In this document: positions 44,759-54,383 of the stretch, one piece after another
How positions within the stretch are numbered: position 1 is the stretch's first letter
Layout of the letters: each line of letters opens with the position of its first letter
Source of the DNA: an uncultured Actinomycetes bacterium
GTDB taxonomy: Bacteria > Actinomycetota > Actinomycetes > Streptosporangiales > Streptosporangiaceae
DNA length: 64,000 nt
NCBI GenBank assembly: GCA_963732345.1
Contig: CAVSZI010000013.1
Location: 32,169 to 96,168 of the forward strand
Reading direction: 5' to 3'
Translations under genes and position numbers: made by a program
Notes under the pieces: generated by a model
The model's input: the letters and a program-made list of their open reading frames with translations, nothing else
Database searches by the model: none
What the model was told of the DNA's origin: nothing

Positions 44759-45918
44759 GCGTGAAGATCCAGCTGAACATCGGCGGGACGCAGGCACCGG
44801 ACGCGTTCTACGACGCGGTCCAGCAGCTGGAGGTCGAGGAAAGCTCGGATCAGCCCGGCGCGCTGCTGCTGCGGCTGCCGGCGAACCGGACCTCCCACGG
44901 GGATCTCCAGTTCGTCGGGGACGGCACCTTCGAGCCGCAGACGAACATCGCGGTCACGGTCACCCCGGGGACGCCCGGCTCCCAGGCCCAGTGCATCTTC
45001 GACGGGTACGTCCTGTCCTGGCGGCTGCACCTGGACCGCGCGTCAACCTCGTCGACCATCGACGTGTGGGGCCAGGACGCATCGTGGCTGATGAACCTCG
45101 ACGACCACGTCCACGAATGGTCCGGCCAGACCGACGGAGAGGTCGCCAACGCGATCTTCGAGACGTACAGTTTCGCGCCCGCAGCCGGGAACACGGCCAA
45201 CGACTCCCCCAGCCACACTCCCGACGGGCACACGCTGTACCAGCGCGCGACGGATCTGCAGTTCCTGCGCGGCCTGGCCCGGCGCGGCGGGAAGCTGTGC
45301 CGGGTCGCCTGCACCGGCACCCCGGGCGCCCGGACCGGGTATTTCGTGACCCCGGCCGTCGACGGCCCGCCGGTGGCCACGATCTCCCTGGTCGATCCCG
45401 ACAGCTGGACGGTCGAGACCCTCGACTTCGACTGGGACGTCATGCGCCCGACCGAAGTGGATGCGAGCCAGGTCGACCTCACCCAGGCCGGCGGCACCGG
45501 CGCCGACGTGACCACCGGCACCAGCGGCCTCAAGCCGCTCGACGATCGCGACTACCCCACCTACCTCGGGCAGTCCTCCACGCTGGTGCTGACCGCACCG
45601 GCCGACGTGCCGGAGCTCAGCCAGCGCACGGCGGCTGTGCTGGCGGAGTCCGGCTTCTTCTCCCGCTGCGCCGGCGAAGCGGACGCGGACCGGATCGGCA
45701 CGATCCTGCGCGTCGGTGACGTCGTCACGATTGCGGGCGCCGGCCGCCTCCAGTCGGGGAACTGGCTGGTCTGGAACGTCCGGCACACGTTCTCGCTCGA
45801 CTCGTGGAAGATGAGCTTCACCCTCGTCCGCAACGCGATAGGCCCGCCGGGCGCTGGTGGCGCGCTCGCCTCCTTCGCCGCCGTGCTGGCGGGGCCCGCC
45901 GGGACGACGTCGCCGTGA
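44755..45918 (+). CDS. baseplate hub protein (phage late control gpD / gp27-like)
   Basis: GTGA overlap. ATDLQFLRGLARRGGKLCRV and C-terminal GNWLVWNVRHTFSLDSWKMSFTLVRN are typical of gpD-family hubs. Confidence 0.75.
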   Translation: MSVKIQLNIGGTQAPDAFYDAVQQLEVEESSDQPGALLLRLPANRTSHGDLQFVGDGTFEPQTNIAVTVTPGTPGSQAQCIFDGYVLSWRLHLDRASTSSTIDVWGQDASWLMNLDDHVHEWSGQTDGEVANAIFETYSFAPAAGNTANDSPSHTPDGHTLYQRATDLQFLRGLARRGGKLCRVACTGTPGARTGYFVTPAVDGPPVATISLVDPDSWTVETLDFDWDVMRPTEVDASQVDLTQAGGTGADVTTGTSGLKPLDDRDYPTYLGQSSTLVLTAPADVPELSQRTAAVLAESGFFSRCAGEADADRIGTILRVGDVVTIAGAGRLQSGNWLVWNVRHTFSLDSWKMSFTLVRNAIGPPGAGGALASFAAVLAGPAGTTSP

Positions 45919-46433
45919 CCACCGCCGACGACCGCGCGCTCGAGGACCTTCTCGAGCGGCTGCGCACCCGCTTCTACGGGAAGTACCGCGGCATCGTGTC
46001 GGCCGTCGACGCGTCCACGATGCGGATCAAGGCAAGGGTGCCATCCGTGCTCGGCGAGAAGGACACCGGCTGGTGCATGCCCTGCGTCCCCTACGCCGGA
46101 CCGGGCGTCGGCTTCGCGTTCCTGCCCGAAACGGGCAGCGGCGTCTGGATCGAATTCGAAGGCGGGGACGTGTCCTTCCCCATCTGGGTCGGCGGCTACT
46201 GGCGCCAGGGCGAGTTCCCGGCGGACGCGGCGGACCACGTGAAGGTGATCGTCACGAAAGCGCCGCACAAGTTCGAGCTGAACGACGACCAGGGCTCGAT
46301 CACGCTCTCGGATCCCAACGGCAACACGGTGACGCTGGACAGCTCGGGCATCACGCTCGCCAACGGCCAGTCGACGGTCGTGGTCAGCAGCTCCAGCGTG
46401 TCGGTGAACGACGGCGCCCTGGAGGTGCAGTGA
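45915..46433 (+). CDS. central spike protein (gp5/gpV OB-fold, VgrG-like)
   Basis: GTGA overlap. FYGKYRGIVSAVDASTMRIKARVPSVLGEKDTGWCMPCVPYAGPGVGFAFLPETGSGVWIEFEGGDVSFPIWVGGYW, then a short beta-helix-like SITLSDPNGNTVTLDSSGITL. Confidence 0.75.
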   Translation: MTTADDRALEDLLERLRTRFYGKYRGIVSAVDASTMRIKARVPSVLGEKDTGWCMPCVPYAGPGVGFAFLPETGSGVWIEFEGGDVSFPIWVGGYWRQGEFPADAADHVKVIVTKAPHKFELNDDQGSITLSDPNGNTVTLDSSGITLANGQSTVVVSSSSVSVNDGALEVQ

Positions 46434-46825
46434 TGACGATCGCCCGGCAGGATTTCGCGTTCCCGTTCCGGATCGACCCGGCGTCGCAGCAGACCGCGCA
46501 GACCGGCTACGCCGCCCACGTCGACCAGATGGTCTACCAGCTGCTGCTCACCAGCCCCGGCGAGCGGGTCAACCTCCCGCAGTTCGGCTGCGGGCTGCGA
46601 TCGCTGGTGTTCGCCCCGAACTCCGACGCCCTGGCGGCGACCGTCCAGCTGCGCGTCATCCAGGGCCTGAACCAGTGGCTGGCCGGCATCGTGAACGTGG
46701 TCAGCGTCGTGGTGGGCGCCGGCCCGGGAGGGGCGGTCCTGGAGCCGGGGACACTCGAGGTCACGGTCACCTATACCCTCGTGGAGACCCAGACGAGCCA
46801 GGCCGTGACAGTGGCGGTCGCATGA
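46433..46825 (+). CDS. baseplate wedge protein (GPW/gp25 family)
   Basis: TGATG junction. FAFPFRIDPASQQTA...LLLTSPGERVNLPQFGCGLRSLVFAPN is the gp25/GPW signature. Confidence 0.85.
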   Translation: MTIARQDFAFPFRIDPASQQTAQTGYAAHVDQMVYQLLLTSPGERVNLPQFGCGLRSLVFAPNSDALAATVQLRVIQGLNQWLAGIVNVVSVVVGAGPGGAVLEPGTLEVTVTYTLVETQTSQAVTVAVA

Positions 46826-49272
46826 GCCCGGCCCGGCCGGCCCGGGACCGGCGCCAGCTGCTGCTCGCGCCGGGTGCGGCCCTCAACGGCATCGACTACA
46901 TCGACGTCGCCAGCCGGGCCCGGCTGTCCGTCCACTTCCTCAACACCGTGACCGTCAAGGGCAGCCTGTCCGGCAGCCGCCCGGTGACGATCACGGGCGG
47001 CGAGGTCATCCCGACCATCGCGGTCAGCCCGATCGACGAGGCCGCCGACTGGAGCGCCGACAGCCAGGGGCGCCCGGTCCTGGCTCTCACGGTGACCGGC
47101 CCCCGGGATTTCTCGGCCTACCGCCTGGCCATCTCCAGCAGCAGGCTCGACCCCTTCTTCGGCCATGCGCCGTTCAGCTTCGCGGCGAACGGCCCCGCCG
47201 CGCTGGACCCTGCGGCGCCCGCGCCGGGCGGCCCGGCGCCGGAGCCGGAGCAGGTGCCGATCGATTACCTCGCGAAGGATTTCGGCAGCTTCCAGCAGGC
47301 GCTGTCGGAGTTCTCCGCCCAGCGCTACCCCGCCTGGGTGGAGCGGTCCGAGGCGGACCTCGGCGTCATGCTGATGGAGGTGCTCGCGGCGATGGCCGAC
47401 GAGCTCAGCTACTACCAGGACCGCGTGCTCGCGGAGTCCGCGATCGAGACCGCGACCCAGCGGCTTTCGGTCGTCCGGCACGCGCGGCTCGTCGACTACG
47501 AGCCCGCCCCGGCGACCGTCGCCACGGCCATTCTCCAGCTCGACGTGGCAGCGCCCCCAGCCAGTTCGCCACCCGCAACGGGCTGGACGATCGATCTGAG
47601 CGAACCGCTGCTTATCCGTACGCTCGGAGCGGACGGATCGGTCGTCGGCTTCGAGATCGAAGACCCGGCGGTGGGCCTCGCCGGTGCCGTCAGCACCGCC
47701 CCGCCCGCCTGGGCGGCCGTCGACACCCGCTGGAACCGGGCCAGCCTCCCGCCCTATTACTGGGACGACAGCCAGCGCTGCCTGCTGGCGGGGTCGGCCG
47801 ATTTCTACGTCATCGGCCATGACATCGGGCTCTATCCCGGCCAGCAGCTGCTACTCGACTCACCCGCGGCGGACAGCGCCGATCCTCCCGTCCGGGAACT
47901 GGTCACGGTCGCGGCGACGGAGGAGACGGCCGACCCGCTGATCGGCTCCCCGCCCCCGATCGCACTCACGCACATTTTCCTCCAGGCGGCCACAGCCAGC
48001 GACCACGACCTGACCCGCACCTCGGTGGCCGGGAACATCGTCCCGGCCGTCCAGGGCGCGCGCCAGAGCGATGCGTTCACGATCCCCGATCCCGCCGCGC
48101 CGCCGCCCGGGCCGGTCGTCGTCCGCCTCGGGGCGAACTGGACGCCGCAGGACCCGCTTCCCGATTACCGTTACTGCCTCGCGTCCGCTCCCCTGGCCTG
48201 GCTCGCCACCACGGACCCGGACGACCCACTGCCCGCGCAGCCCGAGATCGTTCTCAGCCAAGTCCCGGCCGGTGGCACGAGCGGCGCGTCATCATGGGGG
48301 TTCCAGCGCTGGCTGCTCGGTGCCGGGGCGGCCGACCAGATCTTCACGCTGACGCCCGAGCAGTACTCGCCGGTGCTCACGAGCAACGGCACGACCTGGT
48401 ACGACTACGACGGCGACGGCGGCACGACGATCCGCTTCGGCGACGGGAACTTCGGGATGTCGCCCTTGCCGGGCACGGTCTTCAGCGTGCTCTACCGCGT
48501 GGGCGGCGGCTCGGCCGGCAACGTGCCCGCGGGCGCGATCGTCAACGTCACGCCGGGGTCGGCGCAGGGATCGCTCATCAGCGCGTGCACCAACCCCTTC
48601 CCCGCCACGGGCGGCGCGGACGCCGAGACCACCGCGCAGGTACGTGCCCGCGCGCCGCAGAAGTTCAGCGCGGAGCCGCTTCGCGTGGTGCTGGCCAACG
48701 ACTACGTGACGGCTGCGCAGTCGCTGCCGTGGGTACAGCGGGCGGCCACCGCGTTCCGCTGGACGGGAAGCTGGCTGACCGTCCGCACCCACGCCGACCC
48801 CGCCGGGACCGCGGGGCCGACGATCGCCCAGCTCGAGTCGCTCACCGAGTTGCTCGATCAGCAGCGGCTGGCCGGCTACGAGAGCTATGTCCTGCCCCCG
48901 CGCTACGTCTCGATCGATCTCCAGATCACGGTCAGCGCGCAGCCCGCCTACTCCGGGAGCGACGTGCAGGCCGCCGTGCTCGCCCGCCTGCAGCCCGGGC
49001 CCCTCCCCGGCGGCGGGGCCGGGTTCTTCGACCCTTCACTGTGGAGCTTCGGCGAGCCGCTGGAGTCCAGCGCGCTGCTCGCCACCGTCCAGTCGTGCCC
49101 GGGTGTCGGCGGCGTTCGCCGGGTGCGGTACCGCGAGCGCGCCGCCCACCCGGAGTGGGCGCCGCTGCCCGGGACGCTCACGCTGGCCACCGACGAGATC
49201 CTGCGCGTCGACAACGACCCGCGCAGGCCGGAGGCCGGATCGCTGCGGGTGACGGTGGAGGGACCGGCATGA
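46822..49272 (+). CDS. baseplate protein, Baseplate_J/gp6-like (large)
   Basis: ATGA overlap. IDYLAKDFGSFQQALSEFSAQRYPAWVERSEADLGVMLMEVLAAMADELSYYQDRVLAESAIETATQRLSV is the gpJ-type N-terminal signature of putative baseplate assembly proteins. Confidence 0.8.
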   Translation: MSPARPARDRRQLLLAPGAALNGIDYIDVASRARLSVHFLNTVTVKGSLSGSRPVTITGGEVIPTIAVSPIDEAADWSADSQGRPVLALTVTGPRDFSAYRLAISSSRLDPFFGHAPFSFAANGPAALDPAAPAPGGPAPEPEQVPIDYLAKDFGSFQQALSEFSAQRYPAWVERSEADLGVMLMEVLAAMADELSYYQDRVLAESAIETATQRLSVVRHARLVDYEPAPATVATAILQLDVAAPPASSPPATGWTIDLSEPLLIRTLGADGSVVGFEIEDPAVGLAGAVSTAPPAWAAVDTRWNRASLPPYYWDDSQRCLLAGSADFYVIGHDIGLYPGQQLLLDSPAADSADPPVRELVTVAATEETADPLIGSPPPIALTHIFLQAATASDHDLTRTSVAGNIVPAVQGARQSDAFTIPDPAAPPPGPVVVRLGANWTPQDPLPDYRYCLASAPLAWLATTDPDDPLPAQPEIVLSQVPAGGTSGASSWGFQRWLLGAGAADQIFTLTPEQYSPVLTSNGTTWYDYDGDGGTTIRFGDGNFGMSPLPGTVFSVLYRVGGGSAGNVPAGAIVNVTPGSAQGSLISACTNPFPATGGADAETTAQVRARAPQKFSAEPLRVVLANDYVTAAQSLPWVQRAATAFRWTGSWLTVRTHADPAGTAGPTIAQLESLTELLDQQRLAGYESYVLPPRYVSIDLQITVSAQPAYSGSDVQAAVLARLQPGPLPGGGAGFFDPSLWSFGEPLESSALLATVQSCPGVGGVRRVRYRERAAHPEWAPLPGTLTLATDEILRVDNDPRRPEAGSLRVTVEGPA

Positions 49273-51848
49273 GCGACGGGACGAACCCCGCCTGCCCTGG
49301 CACCCCCGGCAGCGCGGCCGAGGATCCGCAGGTCGTCAGCAACCCGCCGGGCCGGCCGGCGATCTCCGACCGGGTGACCGACTTTACCGGCGTCCGCCGG
49401 GCCCTGCTGCGGCCACTGCCCGGCGAGCAGGCCATCGGCACCTGGCAGCCCGCGCCGGGTGACCTGGGCCTGCAGGTCCTGGAATGGTGGGCGTACCTCG
49501 CCGACGTGCTGACCTTCTACAACGAGCGCGTCGCGAACGAGGCCTATGTGCGCACCGCCACGCAGGCCCACAGCGTCACGAACCTGGTGGCGCTGCTCGG
49601 CTACCAGCCGGCGCCGGGGATAGCGGCCACCGGGACCCTCGCCGCCGTGAGCTCGGCGGCGCACCCCGCCGAGCCGCTCGTCCTTCCCGCCGGCATGAGC
49701 CTGTCCAGCACGGCCTCTCCAGGTGTCCCGGCACAGACCTTCGAGGTCGACTCAGAGGCCACCTTCAGCGGGCCGTCGAGCGCGCCGGTCACGCTCAGCC
49801 CGGACACCGCGTTCGGGCACCCCGTCGGAGGCGCGCCGTCCATCCTGTCCGTCCTGCTCGCCGGCCGGGTCAGCGGAGTGAAGGCCGGAGACCAGCTCTT
49901 GCTCGTGGCGAGCACGTTCGCGGGCCAGGACGATAACGACAACTGGTCGCTCGTCACCGTCACGGCCGTCACCCCGGCGACGGACCCGGGGACCGGTGCA
50001 ATCAACACCCAGGTCGCGTTCACGGCCGGCGGGTGGGGACCGACCTCGGCGCCGCCGGACAACCTCTCGGCGCCGCCGGACAACCCCTCGGCGCCGCCGG
50101 ACAACCCCTCGGCGCCCGGGTCCGGACCGTCCGGCGACTCCACTACGTTCCGGCTCATGCGCCCGACCGCCACGGCCGCGCTCTTCAACGCGGCCGCGCT
50201 CTCGAACCCGTCGGACCCCCTGTCGGCCGGGCCTTCCAGCGAGCAGACGGTCACCGTGATCTCCAGTTCCCCCGGCTCAGATGAGCTCACGGTGCATCTA
50301 TCGGCGGCCGTCCGGGGGATCTCACCCGGTGACATGGTCCTATTCGACGGTGGCACCGGAAAACCGTCAGCCCTGGCGATCGTGACCGCGACCCTGGAGA
50401 TGCTCTGGGCGGTCCCCTACCCGGCGTTCCTCAACCAATCTCCCCCCAACCCGCCGGACATCGTCATCCCGCACACGGCCCTCGATCTCGCCCTCGCGAC
50501 CCCGGACTTCTACGTCCTGGAGGACGCGAACGACGCGCACACGCTCGCTTCCATCGCCGTCCGGTACGGCTTCAAGGACGTGGGCACGATCATCGGGGTC
50601 CCGGCACCGAACCTCCCGAGCCTCCCGGCGACCCTCGCCACGACCTATACGCCACCTCCGGGTAACACGGCCGCCTTCCTGCAGGACGCGACCGGCGCGG
50701 GCATCGTCGTCAACGTCAACGCCAGCGACGCCGGACCGGGCTATGTCGGCCTCACCGGGGCGGGCACCCCGCCGTCCGCCATCCCGGCCGCGGCGCCGCT
50801 CGCGGTACCCCTGCAGCTGCTGCTCAACGTCGTATCGGTGTCACGTGGCACGACCGTGACCGGTGAGGTGCTGGGCAGCGGCAACGCGGCGCTCGCCAGC
50901 CAGTCCTTCACCCTCGCGAAGTCCCCGCTCACCTATCTGGCCAGCGGCAACGGCACGGTGAGCACCTTGACGGTCGCCGTCGACCTGATCCCATGGCAAG
51001 AGGTCCCGAGTTTCTACGGGCAGGCCGCCAGCGCCCGGGTCTTCGTCGTGTCGCGGTCACCGGATCAGACCGTCACCACCGTGACCTTCGGGGACGGCGT
51101 CAACGGCGCCCGGCTCGCGTCCGGGACCGGGAACGTCACCGCCACCTACCGCTATGGATCGGGGGCGGCCAGCCCGCCCGCCGGGCGCCTGACAACGATC
51201 AGCCAGCCGCAGCTGAACCTGGCGTCGGTCCAGAACCCGGTGGCCGTCTCCGGCGGCGCCGACCCGCAGGCCCCCCAGGACGTCCAGGCCAACGCCCCGG
51301 CCAGCGCGGCCACCTTCGGCCGGGCGATCTCGGCGACCGACTACGAGCAGGTCGCCTCGCAGGCCCCCGGCGTCAGCCGTGCCGCCGCCTACTGGACCTT
51401 CGACAAGGCCGAGCAGCGCACGCTCGTGACCGTCTACGTGGGCGATGGCCAGGCGGCCGTCGCGGCGGCGCGAGCGGCGCTCGCCGGCGCCGAGGACCCG
51501 AACCGGCCGGTCTCGGTGACCGGCGCGAACGCGATCGACCTCAGCCTGTGGTGCACGCTCGTGCCGGCCGCCGGCCAGCAGGCCGGCCCGGCGATCAGCG
51601 CGGCGGAGGCGGCGATCTCCGACTCGGCGGGCGGGCTGTTCAGCCCCGGCCGCATGGGCATCGGGCAACGGCTCTACCGCAGCGTCATCAGCGCCGCACT
51701 CATGGTCCCGGGCGTCGCCGCCGTCCACGACCTCACGGTCACCTGGGGAGGCCGGGTCCTCGGCGAGGTGTTCGACCCGGGCGAGGCCTCCTACTTCGAC
51801 CTTCCGCCGGGCAACATCCGCATCCAGGGGGTGAACGCGGGTGACTGA
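49269..51848 (+). CDS. second Baseplate_J-like baseplate protein
   Basis: ATGA overlap. GDLGLQVLEWWAYLADVLTFYNERVANEAYVRTATQAHSVTNLVALLGYQPAPG is the same gpJ-type motif. It contains a 3 x 21-bp SAPPDN(L/P) repeat. Confidence 0.75.
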   Translation: MSDGTNPACPGTPGSAAEDPQVVSNPPGRPAISDRVTDFTGVRRALLRPLPGEQAIGTWQPAPGDLGLQVLEWWAYLADVLTFYNERVANEAYVRTATQAHSVTNLVALLGYQPAPGIAATGTLAAVSSAAHPAEPLVLPAGMSLSSTASPGVPAQTFEVDSEATFSGPSSAPVTLSPDTAFGHPVGGAPSILSVLLAGRVSGVKAGDQLLLVASTFAGQDDNDNWSLVTVTAVTPATDPGTGAINTQVAFTAGGWGPTSAPPDNLSAPPDNPSAPPDNPSAPGSGPSGDSTTFRLMRPTATAALFNAAALSNPSDPLSAGPSSEQTVTVISSSPGSDELTVHLSAAVRGISPGDMVLFDGGTGKPSALAIVTATLEMLWAVPYPAFLNQSPPNPPDIVIPHTALDLALATPDFYVLEDANDAHTLASIAVRYGFKDVGTIIGVPAPNLPSLPATLATTYTPPPGNTAAFLQDATGAGIVVNVNASDAGPGYVGLTGAGTPPSAIPAAAPLAVPLQLLLNVVSVSRGTTVTGEVLGSGNAALASQSFTLAKSPLTYLASGNGTVSTLTVAVDLIPWQEVPSFYGQAASARVFVVSRSPDQTVTTVTFGDGVNGARLASGTGNVTATYRYGSGAASPPAGRLTTISQPQLNLASVQNPVAVSGGADPQAPQDVQANAPASAATFGRAISATDYEQVASQAPGVSRAAAYWTFDKAEQRTLVTVYVGDGQAAVAAARAALAGAEDPNRPVSVTGANAIDLSLWCTLVPAAGQQAGPAISAAEAAISDSAGGLFSPGRMGIGQRLYRSVISAALMVPGVAAVHDLTVTWGGRVLGEVFDPGEASYFDLPPGNIRIQGVNAGD
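50046..50117 (+). repeat. 3.4 x 21-bp in-frame tandem repeat (SAPPDNP)
   Basis: tcggcgccgccggacaacc(t/c)c at 50046, 50067 and 50088, plus a partial fourth unit. Confidence 0.9.
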
Positions 51849-54348
51849 GGTCGACGACGGCTACGACGCCTACTACGCGGAGCGGCTCTGGCAACTGCTC
51901 CCGGCGGTCTACCGCACGGCCGACACCGACAGCTTCACCGCCCCCGGGCCGCTGCGGGAACTGCTCAACCGCATCGGCGCGCAGGTGGCCGTCGTCCGGC
52001 GGAGCATCGACCGGCTGTGGGCGGACCAGTCGATCGAAACATGCGACGACTGGGTCATCCCCTACATCGGCGACCTCCTCGGCACCAGCCTGGCCGGCCA
52101 CCTCGGCGCGCGCGCCCACCGCCTCGACGTCGCCAAGACGATCTACTACCGCCGCCGCAAGGGCACCCTCCAGATCCTGGAGGAGCTTGCGCTCGACGTC
52201 ACGGGCTGGACCGCGCACGTCGTCGAGGGCTTCCGGCGCCTCGCCCGCACCCGGCACGGCCTGGACCCGGCCATCGGGCCGGCTACCTTCCCGCAGGCGG
52301 GCGCGGCCGGCGCGGCGCGACTGCTGCAGGTCGAGGGCCTGACCGGCCCGCTGACCGGCGGGCCGGCCGGCGGATTCGCGGACCTGCGATCCGCGCACGG
52401 CGCCGCGCTCGCCAACACTGCCTTCGACGAGAGCTTCCACACCGCCGACGTCCGGGCCGGCCGCGGCGCGGCCGGACACTACCGGATCCCCGAGCTTCTG
52501 GTGTTCCTGTGGCGGCTGACCAGCTTCCCCGTCGTGGCCGGGACGCCCGTCGCGGTCGCCGGGCACGCGGGCCAGTACGTGTTTGACCCGACCGGCCGCC
52601 AGATCCCGCTCTTCCTGCCTCCCGCGCCCGACCTGGGCGATTTCTCCGGGCCCCGCGCCTCGGTCCGCGAGTGGCAGGTTCCCGGCCCGCTGACGAGCTC
52701 GCTGGAGACCGCGCTCACCGACACCGGGACATCCCCGCCGCCGCCCGTCCGGCCGCCTTATCCCGCCTATCCCGACGCCGGCATCCCGGCCCGCTACGGC
52801 CTGGGGGGCGACTGGCAGCTGGCGTCGATCTGGCCCGAGACCGGCCGGTTCGCGGCCGCGCCCGCTTCCCCCGCCGAGCCGCTCACGGTCGACTACCAGT
52901 ACGGGTTCTCGTCCACGATCGGCGCCGGCCCCTACGACCGCGACCTGCTCGGGAACCCCCCGGCGGTGGTCGGCACGGAGACTCCCGTGACCGGCGGAAC
53001 GGGGCTTGATGCAGCGCTCACCGCGGCCGGGACCACCGGAACCGTCACGATCGGTGACTCCCGCACCTACGTGACACTGGCCGACGTCGGCTCGAGCTCA
53101 GAACCGATCGTCTCGCTGCTCGTGCGCGCCGGCCCAAGCATGCGCCCGGTCCTGCGGCCAGTCACCCGAGCGGCGCCGTGGGTCTTCACCGGGGGCGGCG
53201 AGGCACAGCTCGTCCTGGACGGCCTCACCGTCTGCGGATGCGACATCGTGCTGCGCGGCTCATTCGACACGGTGCGCCTGACCGCCTGCACGATCGACCC
53301 CGGCACCGCCGGACCAGGCTCGCCGCCCCTGGCCATCGCGGCCGACGGCGTGCCCCTCGCCCCGGGCCGGATCTTCGTCGAGGCCGATCCGGCCGCCCCG
53401 CCGGGCGAGGGAGGAACAATCCGCCAGCTCCTCATCGACCACTGCATCGCCGGCCCGGTCCGCACTCGCTCCGGCGGGGCGGTCGAGACGCTCACGATCA
53501 CCGACGGCATCGTCCAGGGCCTTCCGCCGACGACCGGCACGGCCGTTACCGCCGGCGACGTCTTCGACCCGCCGCTGCTGGCCACGAGCCTCCTGTCCGC
53601 CGACCCGCTGGCGGCAGCGCTGCTGGCGGCGATGCCGGGAAGGATCGCGCCCGCCCTGCGCGCGTACCGGGCCAGGCCCCTGGCCAGGCAGGAGGACGGC
53701 CTCCCGCGCGGGGTCCTCGCCGGGCTCAGCGCGCTCGTCGACGGGCCGTCGCTGTACGACGCGGCTCTCTTCACCAACGTCCATCTCAGCCCGGGCCTGC
53801 TCGCGCTCACAGCCGAGGCCGGAACGCTCGATCCGGCCCGGCTCGCCACGCTCAACCGCGGCCTGCTCGGCGAATCGTTCCCGGTCGCCCTGGGCGTGGC
53901 CGCCCTGGCGGTAGCGGACGCGACGATCCAGCTCACCCGGGTGACCGTGCTCGGGCGCATCGCCGCGCACCGGCTCGTGGCGAATGACTCGATCCTGGCT
54001 GACTTCGCCGCCATCGACGATGTCCAAGACGGCTCCGTTCGGTTCAGCGCCTACGCCAGCGGCAGCGCCCTCCCCCGGCAGTACCAGTCGGCCTCGATCC
54101 CGGCCGGCGCGCCGATCTTCACGAGCGACTCGTACGGGCAGCCGGGATACGCCCAGCTGCTCGAGACCGCCGACGCTGCCATCTCCGGCGGCGCGACGGG
54201 TGCGTCCATCTCCTCAGGTGCCGGGACAGGCTCGGAGATGGGCGCTTTCTCCGCAGACCTGAACCCCCTCAAGGAGCAGGGCCTGCTCGTCAAGTACGCC
54301 GAGTACATGCCGCTCGGTCTCACGCCCGTGATCATCCATGTCACGTGA
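51841..54348 (+). CDS. phage tail protein (P2 gpI-like baseplate/fibre-attachment domain), large
   Basis: GTG start with an 8-nt overlap. YYAERLWQLLPAVYRTAD...LRELLNRIGAQVAVVRRSIDRLWADQSIETCDDWVIPYIGDLLG matches the conserved N-terminal 'phage tail protein' domain. The remainder is unassigned. Confidence 0.7.
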   Translation: MTEVDDGYDAYYAERLWQLLPAVYRTADTDSFTAPGPLRELLNRIGAQVAVVRRSIDRLWADQSIETCDDWVIPYIGDLLGTSLAGHLGARAHRLDVAKTIYYRRRKGTLQILEELALDVTGWTAHVVEGFRRLARTRHGLDPAIGPATFPQAGAAGAARLLQVEGLTGPLTGGPAGGFADLRSAHGAALANTAFDESFHTADVRAGRGAAGHYRIPELLVFLWRLTSFPVVAGTPVAVAGHAGQYVFDPTGRQIPLFLPPAPDLGDFSGPRASVREWQVPGPLTSSLETALTDTGTSPPPPVRPPYPAYPDAGIPARYGLGGDWQLASIWPETGRFAAAPASPAEPLTVDYQYGFSSTIGAGPYDRDLLGNPPAVVGTETPVTGGTGLDAALTAAGTTGTVTIGDSRTYVTLADVGSSSEPIVSLLVRAGPSMRPVLRPVTRAAPWVFTGGGEAQLVLDGLTVCGCDIVLRGSFDTVRLTACTIDPGTAGPGSPPLAIAADGVPLAPGRIFVEADPAAPPGEGGTIRQLLIDHCIAGPVRTRSGGAVETLTITDGIVQGLPPTTGTAVTAGDVFDPPLLATSLLSADPLAAALLAAMPGRIAPALRAYRARPLARQEDGLPRGVLAGLSALVDGPSLYDAALFTNVHLSPGLLALTAEAGTLDPARLATLNRGLLGESFPVALGVAALAVADATIQLTRVTVLGRIAAHRLVANDSILADFAAIDDVQDGSVRFSAYASGSALPRQYQSASIPAGAPIFTSDSYGQPGYAQLLETADAAISGGATGASISSGAGTGSEMGAFSADLNPLKEQGLLVKYAEYMPLGLTPVIIHVT

Positions 54349-54383
54349 TCATCGCCCCGCCGGGGCGGGAGAGGGAGACGGCC